Positions 12,547 through 25,750 of a DNA stretch of 64,000 nt are shown here, one piece after another. This DNA comes from Octopus sinensis (taxonomy: Eukaryota), in assembly GCF_006345805.1 (NCBI RefSeq), contig NC_043005.1, positions 94,488,001 through 94,552,000 on the forward strand, written 5' to 3'. The position numbers and the translations under genes were made by a program. How positions within the stretch are numbered: the stretch's first letter is position 1; each line of letters begins with the position of its first letter. The notes beneath the pieces are model-generated. The model made no database searches, was not told the DNA's origin, and saw only the letters and a list, made by a program, of their open reading frames with translations.

Positions 12547-14592
12547 TTAGGGGACCAAAAACGTAACAAAAATGTTGTCACATGTGGGCATGATCCAAAA
12601 AGTTCTGTCTTTGAGTTTAGACATGTTAGTAGGGTCTAAGCTGCTTTTCCAGATAAGCCATCTCTCCATGTCGCATAGACCGCACTTTCCGCTGCCGTTG
12701 GTGTAGGGCTTACATTTGGCCAAAATCTTCCAATGGATGTTATAATCGACACCTTTATCTTTTAAAGACCAAATATGATTAGATAATTTTGTCGCTTTTC
12801 TTTTGTTCCAGTGCCTAAAACTCAAGGTGTAGTTATTGAACCTGACCTTGAAATTACCCTCTGTAAGGCCCACGTATTTCTTCGTCGAAACGGTGTCTTT
12901 AGTGGTTATAGAGTTCACGGTAGCTTCATAGATGACGACACAATTTTTTATTCCTGCATGAACAGCTGTTTTCTTGTTGTAGTTTTTGTATGTTATGTGT
13001 GATTATATTTTTAAAATTGGTAGTAGAACTAAAACTAATTTTAAGTATGGTTAACTGGAAAATGTCTATCAGTGTTAAGAAATATTTACCTATATTGAAG
13101 GTCACCTCGAGTGAGTAAGGGGGTGTAAACCAGATGATCTTCCTATTTCTATTTTTCCTCTTCTTTACTGTTGGGCTATAACAGGTGTATATTTTATATT
13201 TTCGCTAAAACCACTATCTTTTAAAGCCTTATTATAAACTGGGGCAACGCTATTAAAAATGTCCTTATCGGAGGAGAGGCTAGAAATTCTCTTACTAATA
13301 TTTTTAACTAAATTTTTGAATACTATAGGGGGATGGCATGAACCTACATTAATATAACTAAGTCTATCATTGGGCTTCCTATAAGGTTTATAAATATTCT
13401 TATTTAGATCTAAGGAAACGTCTAGGAAATTTACAACCGTCAGGTTAGTATCTATAGTTATACTAAGTCCGAAGTATTTCATTAATTGGATAATATGCTT
13501 CCTAAAACGATCCTGTGCTGGTCCATTTGCATTAGCGGTTAAAGCGAGGGCATCATCTTTGTAGATGGCGAAATATACGTCAGGAAATTTCTTACCTAAA
13601 GTATCTAGGAGAAAAAATCTAATAAGATCGCAAATGCCTGCTCCATCATATGACCCCCATGGTCACATCGAAAGCACCCTCTGTGACGGTATTCTTGACC
13701 CACTTTGCGTTCTCACTGAAAAGTAAGGTCTTTCTAGCATGGAAGATTATGTCCTTATCATTTGTACTGATTTCTATGAAATCGCTAGCGAAGACGAGAG
13801 CTTTATCTAGCAGTTCTCTAGAGATAGAGGCATAAAAATCAACAATATCGAATTGTGTAAACCTCGCTTTTTTCTTATTCTTAATGGCTTTAAACCAGTC
13901 TACGACTTCTATACTATTGGACCATTGTACTAGCCTAGTAGCGGTCTTAATTTTCGCATTTATTTTATCTAAAATTTCTTTACTAATTTAGCTTTAGCTG
14001 GGTTGATAAGCCTACATTTAGGGTTGGAAAAGAAGTTCTCTTTGTGGTCTTTAATTGTAATAAAGGCCTCTTTGGGGAAGGACTTCTATTTTTTTTATCT
14101 AATTTAAGTTGAGCGGCGATAATGCTAGCTTCTTTATTAATTTCATTATATGTCTGTGTAATTAGTGCCTTAGTGTAATTATTAATGATGCTGTTGTGTA
14201 AAAGTTGTGTATATTTACTGTTATCTACCAGGTATAAGTTCTTGGTTTTATCCGAAAAAAGTGCTTTTTTCTTGGAGCTTTTTATATGTTTTATATCTTT
14301 TTTCAATTTATATTGGAAAATGTTAAAAGACTTACGAAATTTTATTTTATTCATAAGTTTCAGTAGGTCCGCTTCGAAATCTTCCAAGCCTTTAATCTTG
14401 GGGGGGATTTTTTAAAGAGTTTATACGATAGAAAGTATTTTCCATGGTGTCCACTTCTGTATTAAAAAAGAAAGCAATCCATCTCATGCACTTAATTAGA
14501 TCAGTAATTTTCTCTAAAAGTTTCTTAGAATAAAGTTCTCTTGATGGGATTGGTATGTTTTTCATAGAATAATCTATGTAATATGCGTCCAT
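12547..14592 (-). pseudogene. PLE RT + C-terminal GIY-YIG polyprotein, disrupted
   Basis: N-terminus YSMKNIPIPS...IKCMRWIAFFF. RT motifs FDIVDFYASI, GAFDVTMGSYDG, YKDD (13552-13563) and VNFLDVSLDL. Linker CSCRNKKLC. Endonuclease KKYVGLTEGNFKVRFNNY...WKILAKCKPY...CGLCDMER. Several frameshifts. Confidence 0.9.
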
Positions 14593-14855
14593 ATTAAATT
14601 CTTCTGTGTGTAAGAGTCCTCAACCGATGTTAGGCGATACGAAAAATGCGAGTGAAGATGTGTACGTTTTCATAGTGACGTATAAGTACGCACGTGGGTC
14701 CGCGAGCGCACATGTGAGCGTATGACTAGCTATGTTTACGTGTTCTACTATGAAATTTTAATCTTATTTTATATAAGTAGCAGAATTATAACACAGTAAT
14801 TTCCCTTTATATAACGGTATTTTTTCATAGCGTTTTTTTTTTTTTTCAGATGGCC

Positions 14856-14918
14856 AGATAACCGAAGAGATGGTGTTGTGGATTTCCACTTCGTCATCTG
14901 AAACTCAGAGTTTTATCT
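14856..14918 (+). ncRNA. Type I hammerhead ribozyme fold (CCGAAGA core, extended helix II) in the right pseudo-LTR
   Basis: AGATAA-CCGAAGA-GATGGTG-TT-GTGG(ATTT)CCAC-TT-CGTCATC-T-GAAA-CTCAGAG-TT-TTATCT. Helix I is 6 bp, helix II is 7+4 bp, helix III is the palindrome ACTC(A)GAGT, and the triplet is GUU. There is one extra U before GAAA. Confidence 0.6.
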
Positions 14919-14938
14919 TGACTATTGAGTAATTGTAC

Positions 14939-14980
<42 letters not shown>

Positions 14981-14983
<3 letters not shown>

Positions 14984-16020
14984 TCTCTAGTTTCAGCTCA
15001 GAGCTGCGGCCATGCTGATGCTCCGCTGTTTTGCTACATTGTTATTACTAAGAGCCTCATCTAATATGTGGCACTTGCTGAAGAATGGAGTTTGATATAA
15101 CTACCCTCATTTGTACCTCTTGCCGTGAGGTAGATTCATCTGGGACTCTCGACAGGAAGATGTCCAGCTTTGATTTAAAAAACCCTACATCTACTTTGTA
15201 CAAGTTCCTCAGACTCTTTGGGAGAATATTAAAAAGCTGTGAGCCTTTGAAACTCAGGCTGTTGCAGTAACTGGTCTTGAAGCGTGATGGCATTGCCGGG
15301 CCGTATGGCACCATGCAGTGTCGTCCCGTTCTGGCATTGGTGTAGCTTTCAATGCCAAAATGTGGCACAGTTCCTTCCAGGATCTTCCAGATATATATTA
15401 CTGCATACCTCTCCCGTCTTCTCTCCAGGGAGTAGAGTCTTAGCTGTTTCAACCTTTCCCAGTAGCTAAGCTCTTGCAAAGAGACGATCTTCTTTGTGAA
15501 TCTTCTCTGGATTGCTTCAAGGTCCGCTGTTAATTTCACACTGGTGGGTGACCATAGCTGTGAGCAGTAATCCAGGTGGCTGAGGACGAATGTCCGCCAG
15601 AAGACCATCATGGTTTCCTTATCTCTGGTTCTGAATGTTCGTAAGATCCATCCAGTCAGTCGTCTGCACCTTGTCGCCATCCTGGCAATGTGCACTTGGA
15701 AAGAGGTATCATCACTCATGTCGATACCCATGTCCCTCACCGACGTAGGCTCTGGGATTGAAATTCCCTGTGGACCAGTGTACCCTGTAAGTTTCATATT
15801 CAGTTTTGGATGCTGTTAGCGCAGGGCTTGGAATTTTTCAGCATTAAACTGCATATTATTATCCTCAGCCCATCTGTAAATTGAGTCCAACTCCTGCTGC
15901 AGGTGTGCAACATCGCCGGGGTTCTGTATTTTCTGCGAGACTTTCGTATCATCTGCATAGCTTGCCAGAGTGGCTATCCGGACATTTGAGGGCATATCTG
16001 AGAGGGCCACTAGGTATGGA
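14981..16020 (-). mobile_element. 5'-truncated CR1-like LINE (RT C-terminal half + 3' tail)
   Basis: YADDTKVSQ...WAEDNNMQFNAEKF, SVRDMGI, ILRTFRTRD, LDYCSQLWSP and LYSLERRRER. The 3' tail cagcatggccgcagctctgagctgaaactagag abuts (TA)n. Confidence 0.9.
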
Positions 16021-16503
16021 TCCATTATATGTTGTGCAAATGAATATATAAAATTATGTAACATCACCTCGCTTCACCTACTGGTGATAATTTGAACAGT
16101 ACATTATGAGAGCTCTACCGGTTTTTGATTGTACTGCCGCAGTTTTTAAACACAGTAAGAATCTAGGGAGACCAGCAGAAAATTCGAGATAAGTATAGGG
16201 GCGGTCGGCTATTTTATAATATTAGTGAGATGAATAAATATGCTGTGATTGAGAGAATAAATTCACATTTCAGAAAGTATATGAAATGAAACAGAAAATG
16301 TTCAAATTTCGGGCGTGTTTATAAATCAATAGTGTTCCCATACTTTTTACTCTATCACCAATCGATGAAGTAGAGGTGTGAACATATAATTTTATATACA
16401 CATTTCCGCTAGAAACATTAATCGATGTAAACGAAATGATATGCAAAAAATGCATAGATTTTATTGTATGTAGCTAGATTTATATTTCGTATATCTCTGT
16501 TTA

Positions 16504-16733
16504 AGGCGGCGAGCTGGCAGAAACGTTAGCACGCCGGGCGAAATGCGTAGCCGTATTTCGTCTGCCGTTACGTTCTGGGTTCAAATTCCGCTGATGTCGA
16601 CTTTGCCTTTCATCCTTTCGGGGTCGATAAATTAAGAACCAGTTACGCACTGGGGTCGATGTAATCGACTTAATCCGTTTGTCTGTCCTTATTTGTCCCC
16701 TCTGTGTTTAGCCCCTTGTGGGTAGTAAATTAA
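16504..16733 (+). mobile_element. tRNA-derived SINE, family A
   Basis: Head ggcggcgagctggcagaa...gggttcaaattccg is B-box-like. Body gtcgactttgcctttcatcctttcggggtcgat. Tail tgtttagccccttgtgggtagtaaa. Several near-identical copies occur in the window. Confidence 0.85.
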
Positions 16734-18089
16734 ATATATATTTCGTATATCTCTGTTTGTTAATACATACACATTTAATTGACATTGCTCTGAAATATAT
16801 TTTTATTTCATTGAATTCTTTGTCAAACTCTTGCACGAAGAAATCACGAGGGGCCTTGTCGTTTTGATTGTAAGATAGCTATTTTATTGTTTTACAGCTA
16901 AAACACCAGAACCGCTTCGATATTCCCTTTTTCACTCTTGGAAGAAAGACAAAGGCTCAAAACCTTAGATTCTTCATTTCTCACGGTTGTTAAAATTACC
17001 GAATTCCTCTACGACTCTCCCATTTCACACTGTTGGGCTGGCTATTGAGTACTTAAAGTAACAAGTTCATAGCAGCTGAAGTTTGTTATTCGACAGACTG
17101 GTGTTTGTATGGGATTAAAAGCATGTTAAACTGCGAGGGGGTTAATTAGTTTTCGGCTCCAAAATTGTGGTTCTAGATTACGGTAAGAGAACATCAACCA
17201 GAAAAGGAATCAAGGGAAGTTATTTCTATAAGGCGCTGGAAGTGTTCATCTGTTTTATTCTTTGTGCCCTTAACACCTGATGGGGTCGAGGTGCACCATC
17301 GGTATACAAGGTGTGGCTTGGTCTTTTTAAACCTGGCGGCACACGTCCTTCACACGCTGTAAACGCAGCCGATTTCCTTTTCGAGTGAAAGAGCGAGGCA
17401 GATAGATGGAGAATGTGTTTAAGAGATAGAGAGAGAGAGGAGAGAGAGAATGAGTGTGTGTTGTGAGAGAGAGAGAGTGAGTAAGAGAGAGAGTGAGAGA
17501 GAGTGAGTGTGTGTGTGTGTGTATGTGTGTGTGTGTATGCTTGCAAGCGAGAGGGAGACGAAGAATCTGTTTTAGAGAGGGAGACGAAGAATCTGTTTTA
17601 GTACAAAATGCGAAGTTGGATCTAGTTGGGAAAGAGAACCAGAACGGACACTACGAGACAGTCTATTCTAACTCTAGCGATATTGCCAACTTGCTGTTTA
17701 TGAAGTGTTTGGGATCATATGTAGAACAACAGAGGAAAGTTAGGGTGGTGAGTGGCAGAGCCAGTGGGGCAGTAGAAAAAATAAGTTCCAGTATTTTGTC
17801 GCGTCTTGGTAGATTCGGTGTTGGAAATCCATCAAGGACAGCTTTATCTTTCATTGTTCCGAGGCCGATAAAATATATAGCGGACATGTTCAATGCTGGA
17901 TTATATTGACTATATTTCTCTCAAAGAATTATGTTGCGCCAAAGTTAATAAATCGTTATATACATATAGGAAGTTTCCTGAAAAGTGAAGTGGCGTTGCC
18001 GAGTCTCAGAAGATTTAAGAGGACAAACTGCGTTGTCAAATAAATTCTTGGAAAGTGAAATGAAAGCGATCTGATAGTCATTGGATTAA

Positions 18090-18120
<31 letters not shown>

Positions 18121-18137
18121 TACACACAAACAAATAC

Positions 18138-18229
<92 letters not shown>

Positions 18230-19686
18230 GCCTGTCTGTCTATCTATATACATATTTGTGCAATGCTTATGGATTATATACATGCTGTATCAAAAATATG
18301 GTACAATATACTGCATTTGTAACTGTTTGTTACAAGTCATAAGTTTGTTGTAAGTCATAAATTTGTTGTAAGCGGCCTTTTCAATTGTATCATCGAGTTC
18401 AACAAATCTAGTTAGTTTACTTCATAAATAACTCTTTGTCGCTCTATCTTTCTCTCACTGTATATGTATGTGTCTGTGTGTACCCGCATAAAGATATTTC
18501 TCATAAAGGGAAAGATATATTTACATTTGCATCTGACTTATTGCAACGTCTGTCAAAAACTTTCCCTCGAAACATAATTATTCCTCTTCTCACAATAAAT
18601 ACTAACTGAGTATTTTAATCGTTATTGATGGCAGTGTCGGAGTCGCTGATTGTGGTCTTTGTGGTTAGATAATCATATTATTAGTTAATATTGCAAACAG
18701 TTATGATAATAGTGAGGCTATAGTTGTACCAGTAGAGATAGTATTACTGGTTGGTCAGTTTGACGACCATCAAGTATACATGGACAATACTAAGGAAATT
18801 AGTTTTAAATTCAAACTGTATTTATTCTCTCTCCACTTTTCAAGAGGCAAATAAATACTCGGCAATTAAAGTATCTTCGCGTTTTTTCCCCCATTCAACG
18901 GTGTTTTTATCATCCTGAATATTTGACAAATAGATAAAGACTTATCAACGAACGTAAGTCTATGAAAGATCATCAGTATCTTGTCCCGACAACGTTTTTC
19001 TTTTATACTTTGCTTTGTTTTTATCATAGTTCGTTTTGACTAGAAAAAAAACAACAGATAAGCTATGAAGGTAAATGTGGGATTGTAATGTTGAACACAT
19101 CCACCTTCCAGAGTAGATGAAAGTCGTACATTATTATCTAAATAGCGTTTTAAACAGATCGGAATCAATATGACCTCTAATACACTAGACTGTTGTTATT
19201 GAATAGGGGAAGGAGGCGAACTTGTAGAACCGTTAGCTCATCGAGCAATATGCATAACGGCATTTCGTCTTTATGTTCTGAGTTCAAATTACCTTACATC
19301 CGTCTCTAGAGGCAAACGAAATACCTGTAAGCATTTCGCCCGGCGTGCTAACGATTCTGCCAGCTCGCCGCCTTGTAAATTGAACAATAATAAAAAGAAA
19401 ACTGTAACTTTTCGGGATGTAGCCTGGAGGGTTTTTTCGTATTAATTGTTTGGACTTTGTGAACACATACCAATTGTTTTCATAACATTTTTAACGCTTT
19501 GAATTAAATGTGACCATTTTGCGTTGAGTCTGCAGTTTGAATCACTTTAACCAAATTTTAGCAGGCCGGATTTTTTATCATCACGATACACCGCCAGCGA
19601 CTCCCTGAAACTGCCCCTGAAATCCCCGTTGAGAAATACTGAGCCGGGCAATACTGCTAGTATATACATATATATATATACATATA

Positions 19687-19735
<49 letters not shown>

Positions 19736-20667
19736 CAGCAGTGAGTTGCATATGACCGAGAGTTTCATGCATGATAATTTTCAAACCTCTGTCGATTTTA
19801 AAACTTTGTCGATTTATAGATATTTATTAATATTCTCATTTATCGAATTCTATCTCTACTGGTTGTTCCACCCCACCATCTTACACACACAAACACATAG
19901 CAACATCATTTTATTCCAAAATTCTGATATCTAAATGTCATCATCATAATGATGTATACTTCATGACGATCTAGCTCCGACTATCGATATCTAATAAAGA
20001 AATTAATGTTTGAACGCTTGAATAACAAATGAAGACTGGTCAGACCATTTAGTTAGCTATGTATTCATTTACTTATTATACTTTTATTACTTTTGATTGA
20101 AAAATCATGTAGATAAGGGTCTCTGAAATAATATTTACCTCTAAAATAAACGAAGGAAACAGAAATTCAGCCGAAGATGTCATTGGGGGATTGATTGTTC
20201 GTCGTTGTCGTTCTAGCAGACTGAAATAGCAGCCAAAGAAATCTCGCTCAAACCACGAAAATAAAGAAGAATGAATGAATGAACGAATAATAACAATGGT
20301 TTAAAATTTTGGAACAAGTTCATTGAAGTGGGTAAGTGTCAACTTGTACTTATTTTATCGACCCCAAGAGAATGAAAGGCAAAATTGACCTTGACGGAAT
20401 TTGAACTCATAATGTTAACACGGACGAAATGCCACAAATCATCTTGTCCGGCGTGCTAACGATTCTGCCAACTCGTCACCTTAACAGAAACAATAATAAT
20501 AATATTTTCTACGGTAGGCACGAGGCCTGAAATTTGGGGGAAGAGGATAGTCGATTACATACACCACAGTCCTCAACTGATACTTATTTAAGCGACCCCA
20601 AAAGGATGAAAGGCAAAGTCGACCCCGGCGGAATTTGGAACTCCGAACGAGAAGACGGACGAAATAC

Positions 20668-20900
20668 CTATTTCTTTACTACCCACAAGGGGCTAAACAC
20701 AGAGAAGACAAACAAGGACAGACAAACGGATTAAGTCGATTATATCGACCCCAAAGCGTAACTGGGACTTAATTTATCGACCCCGAAAGCATGAAAGGCA
20801 AAGTCGACCTCGGCGGAATTTGAACTCAGAACGTAACGGCAGACGAAATACGGCTACGCATTTCGCCCGGCGTGCTAACGTTTCTGCCAGTTCGCCGTCT
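20668..20900 (-). mobile_element. tRNA-derived SINE, family A
   Basis: Reverse complement of 16504-16733. Older, decayed copies flank it at ~20330-20480 and ~20520-20665. Confidence 0.85.
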
Positions 20901-20919
20901 AAATAATAATAATAATAAC

Positions 20920-20960
<41 letters not shown>

Positions 20961-20962
<2 letters not shown>

Positions 20963-21516
20963 GCCCTGATGCAGTACCAGGCAGTGGCTCTCATGGCTTC
21001 TGATCTTAACTGATTGGAAGTGTTATCATGTACATTGTTTTGTCTTGGTATAAAAGATGGGCTACAGCAAATATTCTGCTCAATACCACAGATTTGCTTG
21101 TCAGTTGTTTGACCTTAACCAGTTGAGCATGTCCCTTAGTGGCTGACGATATGTGCATCTCTGATCACGAGCAGAAGTAGTGGGGGAGCATCATCGCCAT
21201 GTGTTGAGAGGGATTCTTTGGGGTTTGAATAGTTCACCTCTGGAAACATGGGTGGTTCTTTCAACATCCTTAAACAACCCTTATTCAGGGACCGTTTGAG
21301 CGGGATGGGCTACTCAACCTGAAGAAAATTCTAACTGGGCCCCACCTGCAAGGTCATGTGCTGTTTATCTTGATATGAGATTACCATGTCGCGCACATAT
21401 GGTTGTGATGCATGTGCCTGGTGTACCTTTATCAGACGGGTAGTCATGATTGGTATATTGGGCTTCGTATATTTTACCCCAGTGTCACTTTGATGGCATG
21501 CACTGCTCTCTCACTC
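20961..21516. mobile_element. ORF-less ~556-bp element embedded in (AAT)n
   Basis: Complex sequence with sharp junctions into (AAT)n on both sides and no ORF. A non-autonomous retroelement is inferred. Confidence 0.5.
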
Positions 21517-23035
21517 AATAATAATAATAATAATAATTTTTCCTAATTTTGGTACAAGGTCAGCAATTTTGAGGGAGGAGGAAGTTGATTACGTCGAGTC
21601 CAATATTTGACTGATATTTCGTTTTATAAACCCCGGAAGGATGAAAAGTAAAGTTGCTTTTAGCGCGATTTGAACTCAGAATATAAACTGCCAGAACATA
21701 TACCATAATGAATCTTGCTCGATGCTCAAAAATATTTACTAAACCACCGCTCTTATTACCTCTGGTAATGATAGTTTCTATCATAAGCACGGGGCCTGAA
21801 ATTTGGTGAGGGGAAAGTGTTAACAGATTAAATCAATCTCAGTGTTTGTTTGGCACGTCTTAATTAACCCCCAAAGGGTGAAAAAAGAATAGTTGTCCGC
21901 GGTATGATTTGAACTTAGAACATAAAAATTGCAAAGCATTTCGTCCGACGATCTAATGATTCTGCATAACCTCTGCTCTTAGATTCGAATAGAAATATTC
22001 GTTTCTAATCAAGCGAAAGACCAGCCCTTCTGAAGGGCGGGGGGAGGTTAATTGGTGCCATTGCCCCTGTTTTTGACTGGTACTTTATTCTATCGGTTCC
22101 GAAAGAACGAAAGGTAAAATTGACCTCGACGGGATTTGAACGTAAACAGTCGGAAGAAATACTGCAAGAAATATCGCAAGACACTCTAACTACCACTAGT
22201 AATAATACCATTCCCTATTTGTCTTGGTGCACTGTTTTTCTTTAATTTTACTAATTCAGGAATTGTCTTAAATTACTATTTGCTAGAATATTCGTTTTCT
22301 TGCATCAAAATAGATGTTATCATTTACACACACACACACACAAGAACACGCACACACACACACACACACACACGCACATACAAACACAGCATATATAAAA
22401 CACAGACAGGTAATGATAAATACACACACAAACACGCACAGCATGTATAAAACACAAACAATAATATACAACACATTAAAAAAAAAGCACTTATACAACC
22501 TCCCCCCCCACACACCAATAAAAACAAACGCACAATAATATATGGCACATACACACACTCACACACAACAACATAAACGAACATAAAATAACATTGTGAA
22601 ACCCGTGCTAGAAACTGAATATGGCCATTTATAAGTATTCGCTCTTGCAAAAAATTCAAGTTATGATGAATCTTCATACACTCTCTTACACACACACACA
22701 CACAAGCAAAATAAAAAACAAATAGAAGGAAACAAAATGATACGTTCATAAATTTATCGTCTGGTAAAAAATGGTCGAATTCACAGCTTGTGTGACATAT
22801 ACGCATGAATATGCGGCTACACACACACACAAACATGTTCACACAATTTCTCCGCTTTGCATGATATTCCACATTTAAACACATGAATAAACATTGTATA
22901 AACAAACATACATAAACATATACAAATACAAGGCTACTACGCTTACAACTGCAAAAAAGGGGGGCGGAAGGCCATCCATCCCAAATACTGTGCAGCAGAA
23001 CTTACGAATACCAAGAATACCAAGAAAAACAAATA

Positions 23036-23420
23036 ACTACAACCGCCGCCGCCACCACCACCACCACCACCACCACCACCACCGCCACCAATACCGCCGC
23101 CACCAGCACCAGCACCACCACCACCAGCACCAATACCACCACCACCACCAATACCACCACCACCAGCACCACCAATACCGCCGCCACCAGCACCAGTACC
23201 ACCACCACCACCACCAATACCGCCGCCACCAGCAGCACCACCACCACCAGCACCAATACCACCACCACCACCACCACCACCACAACCACCACCACCACCA
23301 CCACCACCACCACCAATACCACCACCACCAGCACCACCAATACCACCACTAATACCGCCGCCACCAGTACCACCACCGCCGCCACGACCAGCACCACCAG
23401 CACCACCGCCGCCAGCAGCA

Positions 23421-23453
<33 letters not shown>

Positions 23454-23496
23454 GCAGCAGCACCACCACCACCACCACCACCACCACCACCACCAC
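23036..23496. repeat. Compound trinucleotide repeat (CAC/CAG/CGC/CAA-TAC)
   Basis: Directly visible. It produces spurious poly-His, poly-Gly and poly-Val ORFs in all frames. Confidence 0.95.
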
Positions 23497-24230
23497 CAAA
23501 CATTGTACACTCGTGTCTTTAAATAGAGACACGGTTTTCTTTTACAAGGCTCACTGTATTTAAGTATATAGAGGTTGTACAGACACTCATGTACTCATGT
23601 TTGCCTTTCCATGTGGACATATGTTACTCAATACAATGCACACCACTGTGCTAGTGTGTAAACTCATACATATACGTGTATGGCTGCGCATTGGCATATA
23701 GTACTGAACACGATACAAACTATGTCTAAGTCTGTGTACAAGCTGCATAGAGACTGACAGGACCACATACATATACAGGCATTATCCTTGTCTGATGCTT
23801 GAGAAATCATACTTCTCTCCCCGCCTTCCATTCTACACCATCACAATAAATAAATAAATAAAAATATGGTGTGATGAATTATATCTGTAGCTAAATTGCT
23901 TTACGATTTTGAAAAAAAAAGGAAGAATTTGTTCCTGTCGATTGGTTCGCTAAATTGTTTTGACATTTTTATATGCTTCGTTTACGATCAGATATTAGGC
24001 GAATCGGTTCAGCATTGAGATGTAATGAAGAGAAATACAGGTTGATAATTTGGTTACAGACGAAGGCACCTGCCTACATAATTTGTACAATTTTTGTAGT
24101 TATACACGAAGTCACCTGTATACATAAACACGCATGTGTACATATGCACATATGGGACTTTATGTGGTATTTTATATAGGTTTAAATATGTATGTATGTA
24201 TGTATGTGCACTTATTTTTTAAAAGCATAA

Positions 24231-24616
24231 ATATATGGTGATTAAATGGCTTGATAAATACTGGCAGTAAGGAATATATGGTGATTAAATGGCTTGATAA
24301 ATACTGGCAGTAAGGAATATATGGTGATTAAATGGCTTGATAAATACTGGCAGTAAGGAATATATGGTGATTAAATGGCTTGATAAATACTGGCAGTAAG
24401 GAATATATGGTGATTAAATGGCTTGATAAATACTGGCAGTAAGGAAATATGGTGATTAAATGGCTTGATAAATACTGGCAGTAAGGAATATATGGTGATT
24501 AAATGGCTTGATAAATACTGGCAGTAAGGAATATATGGTGATTAAATGGCTTGATAAATACTGGCAGTAAGGAATATATGGTGATTAAATGGCTTGATAA
24601 ATACTGGCAGTAAGGA
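24231..24616. repeat. 43-bp minisatellite, 9 copies
   Basis: Unit atatatggtgattaaatggcttgataaatactggcagtaagga repeated head-to-tail. One unit is 1 nt shorter. There are no spacers. Confidence 0.97.
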
Positions 24617-25530
24617 ATAGTTGTCCACGACAGTTTGTGACTGTTCAACTTGCCAACATGCATATGCTGGCACCATTTGGATAATTGGAATATTACCAGC
24701 GATCTTTTAGTGTGTCATTCTCTTGAGATATTTCTCCTTCCCTAAGTGAATTCAGCATAAAATTCGGAACCAGAGTTCATACATACTGAGAAGGTGGACT
24801 CTCGACGATCAAGTTCGAACCCTGGTTAGCCCTGAACATTTGCGCCCCGGCAGAATTTGAACTCAAATGCAACGAACCGGAATAAATACAATCGACTTCA
24901 GTCCTTGTCCAGTACTTTATTTTATGAACTCCGAGAGGACGAAAGGCCAAGTTAGCTTCGGCAGGATTCGAACCCAGAGCGTAGTTGAACCGGGCCGTAG
25001 GGTATTCTATTCGACACTCTAACGAGCCCGCCAATTCATCATGAATATAATTAAAAAACAAAACCAAAAATATACAAAATCTAATAAGAAATAAAAAATG
25101 CTAGAAGGAAAAAATTCTTAACAGCGTAAATAAGACCGTCTTATAAAGCAATGAGAAGAAATATTAAAAGCAGATGTATTTTACAGGGAGAAAAGACAGA
25201 GAGAGTGGGGGAGAGGGGAGGAGAGAGAGAGAGAGGGAGAGGGAGTCAGACAGACAGACCGGCAAAGAAGGGGAGCAAGAGACAGGGAGGGATGAAAGTT
25301 GTTGAAATTAAAATGAAGAAAAATAATGAACAGCTTATTTAAATGCAGGAGGAGACAACTCACAAAACTCTTCTTTCCGGTGAATCTTTATTCGAGAATC
25401 CGGAGCTGTTGGACCTGCTTCATCTCGTTCTAAGCTTACTCCGTCATAGACACACATATACAGATACAGATTTTGTTATACTTACGAAATAAAGACTAAA
25501 ACGGGTGATTTGTCTGAACCATACTTTTTT

Positions 25531-25750
25531 TTATTTCTTTACTACCCACAGAGGGGACAAACAGGGACAGACAAACGGATTAAGTCGATTACATCGACCC
25601 CAATGCGTAACTGGTACTTATTTAATCGACCCCGAAAGGATGAAAGGCAAAGTCGACCTCGGCGGGATTTGAACTCAGAACGTAAGCGCAGACGAAATAC
25701 CGCTAAGCATTTCGCCCGGCGCGCTAACGATTCTGTCAGCTCGCCGCCTT
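25531..25750 (-). mobile_element. tRNA-derived SINE, family A
   Basis: Reverse complement of the family A sequence, complete from head to tail. Confidence 0.85.

Larger units (their letters stand above)
11679..14944 (-). mobile_element. Penelope-like retroelement bracketed by ~300-bp inverted pseudo-LTRs (11679-11979 / 14640-14944)
   Basis: The arms are near-identical reverse complements. They enclose an RT + GIY-YIG ORF remnant on the - strand. The right end abuts (TA)n. Confidence 0.88.

Noticed and set aside
14844-14925. HDV-like fold in the PLE pseudo-LTR
   Set aside because: A P1-like helix can be drawn, but there is no P2 pairing and no catalytic C-N-A-A junction. The hammerhead fold fits much better.
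21360-21516. HDV-like ribozyme at the end of the (AAT)n element (- strand)
   Set aside because: CAGTG/CACTG and CGAA are present, but P2, P3 and L3 cannot be built.
22894-23532. Poly-His, poly-Gly and poly-Val ORFs
   Set aside because: A compound trinucleotide repeat with no complex coding flanks or splice support.
24231-24616. CRISPR-like array
   Set aside because: Units are contiguous and identical with no unique spacers, no cas genes, and the context is eukaryotic.
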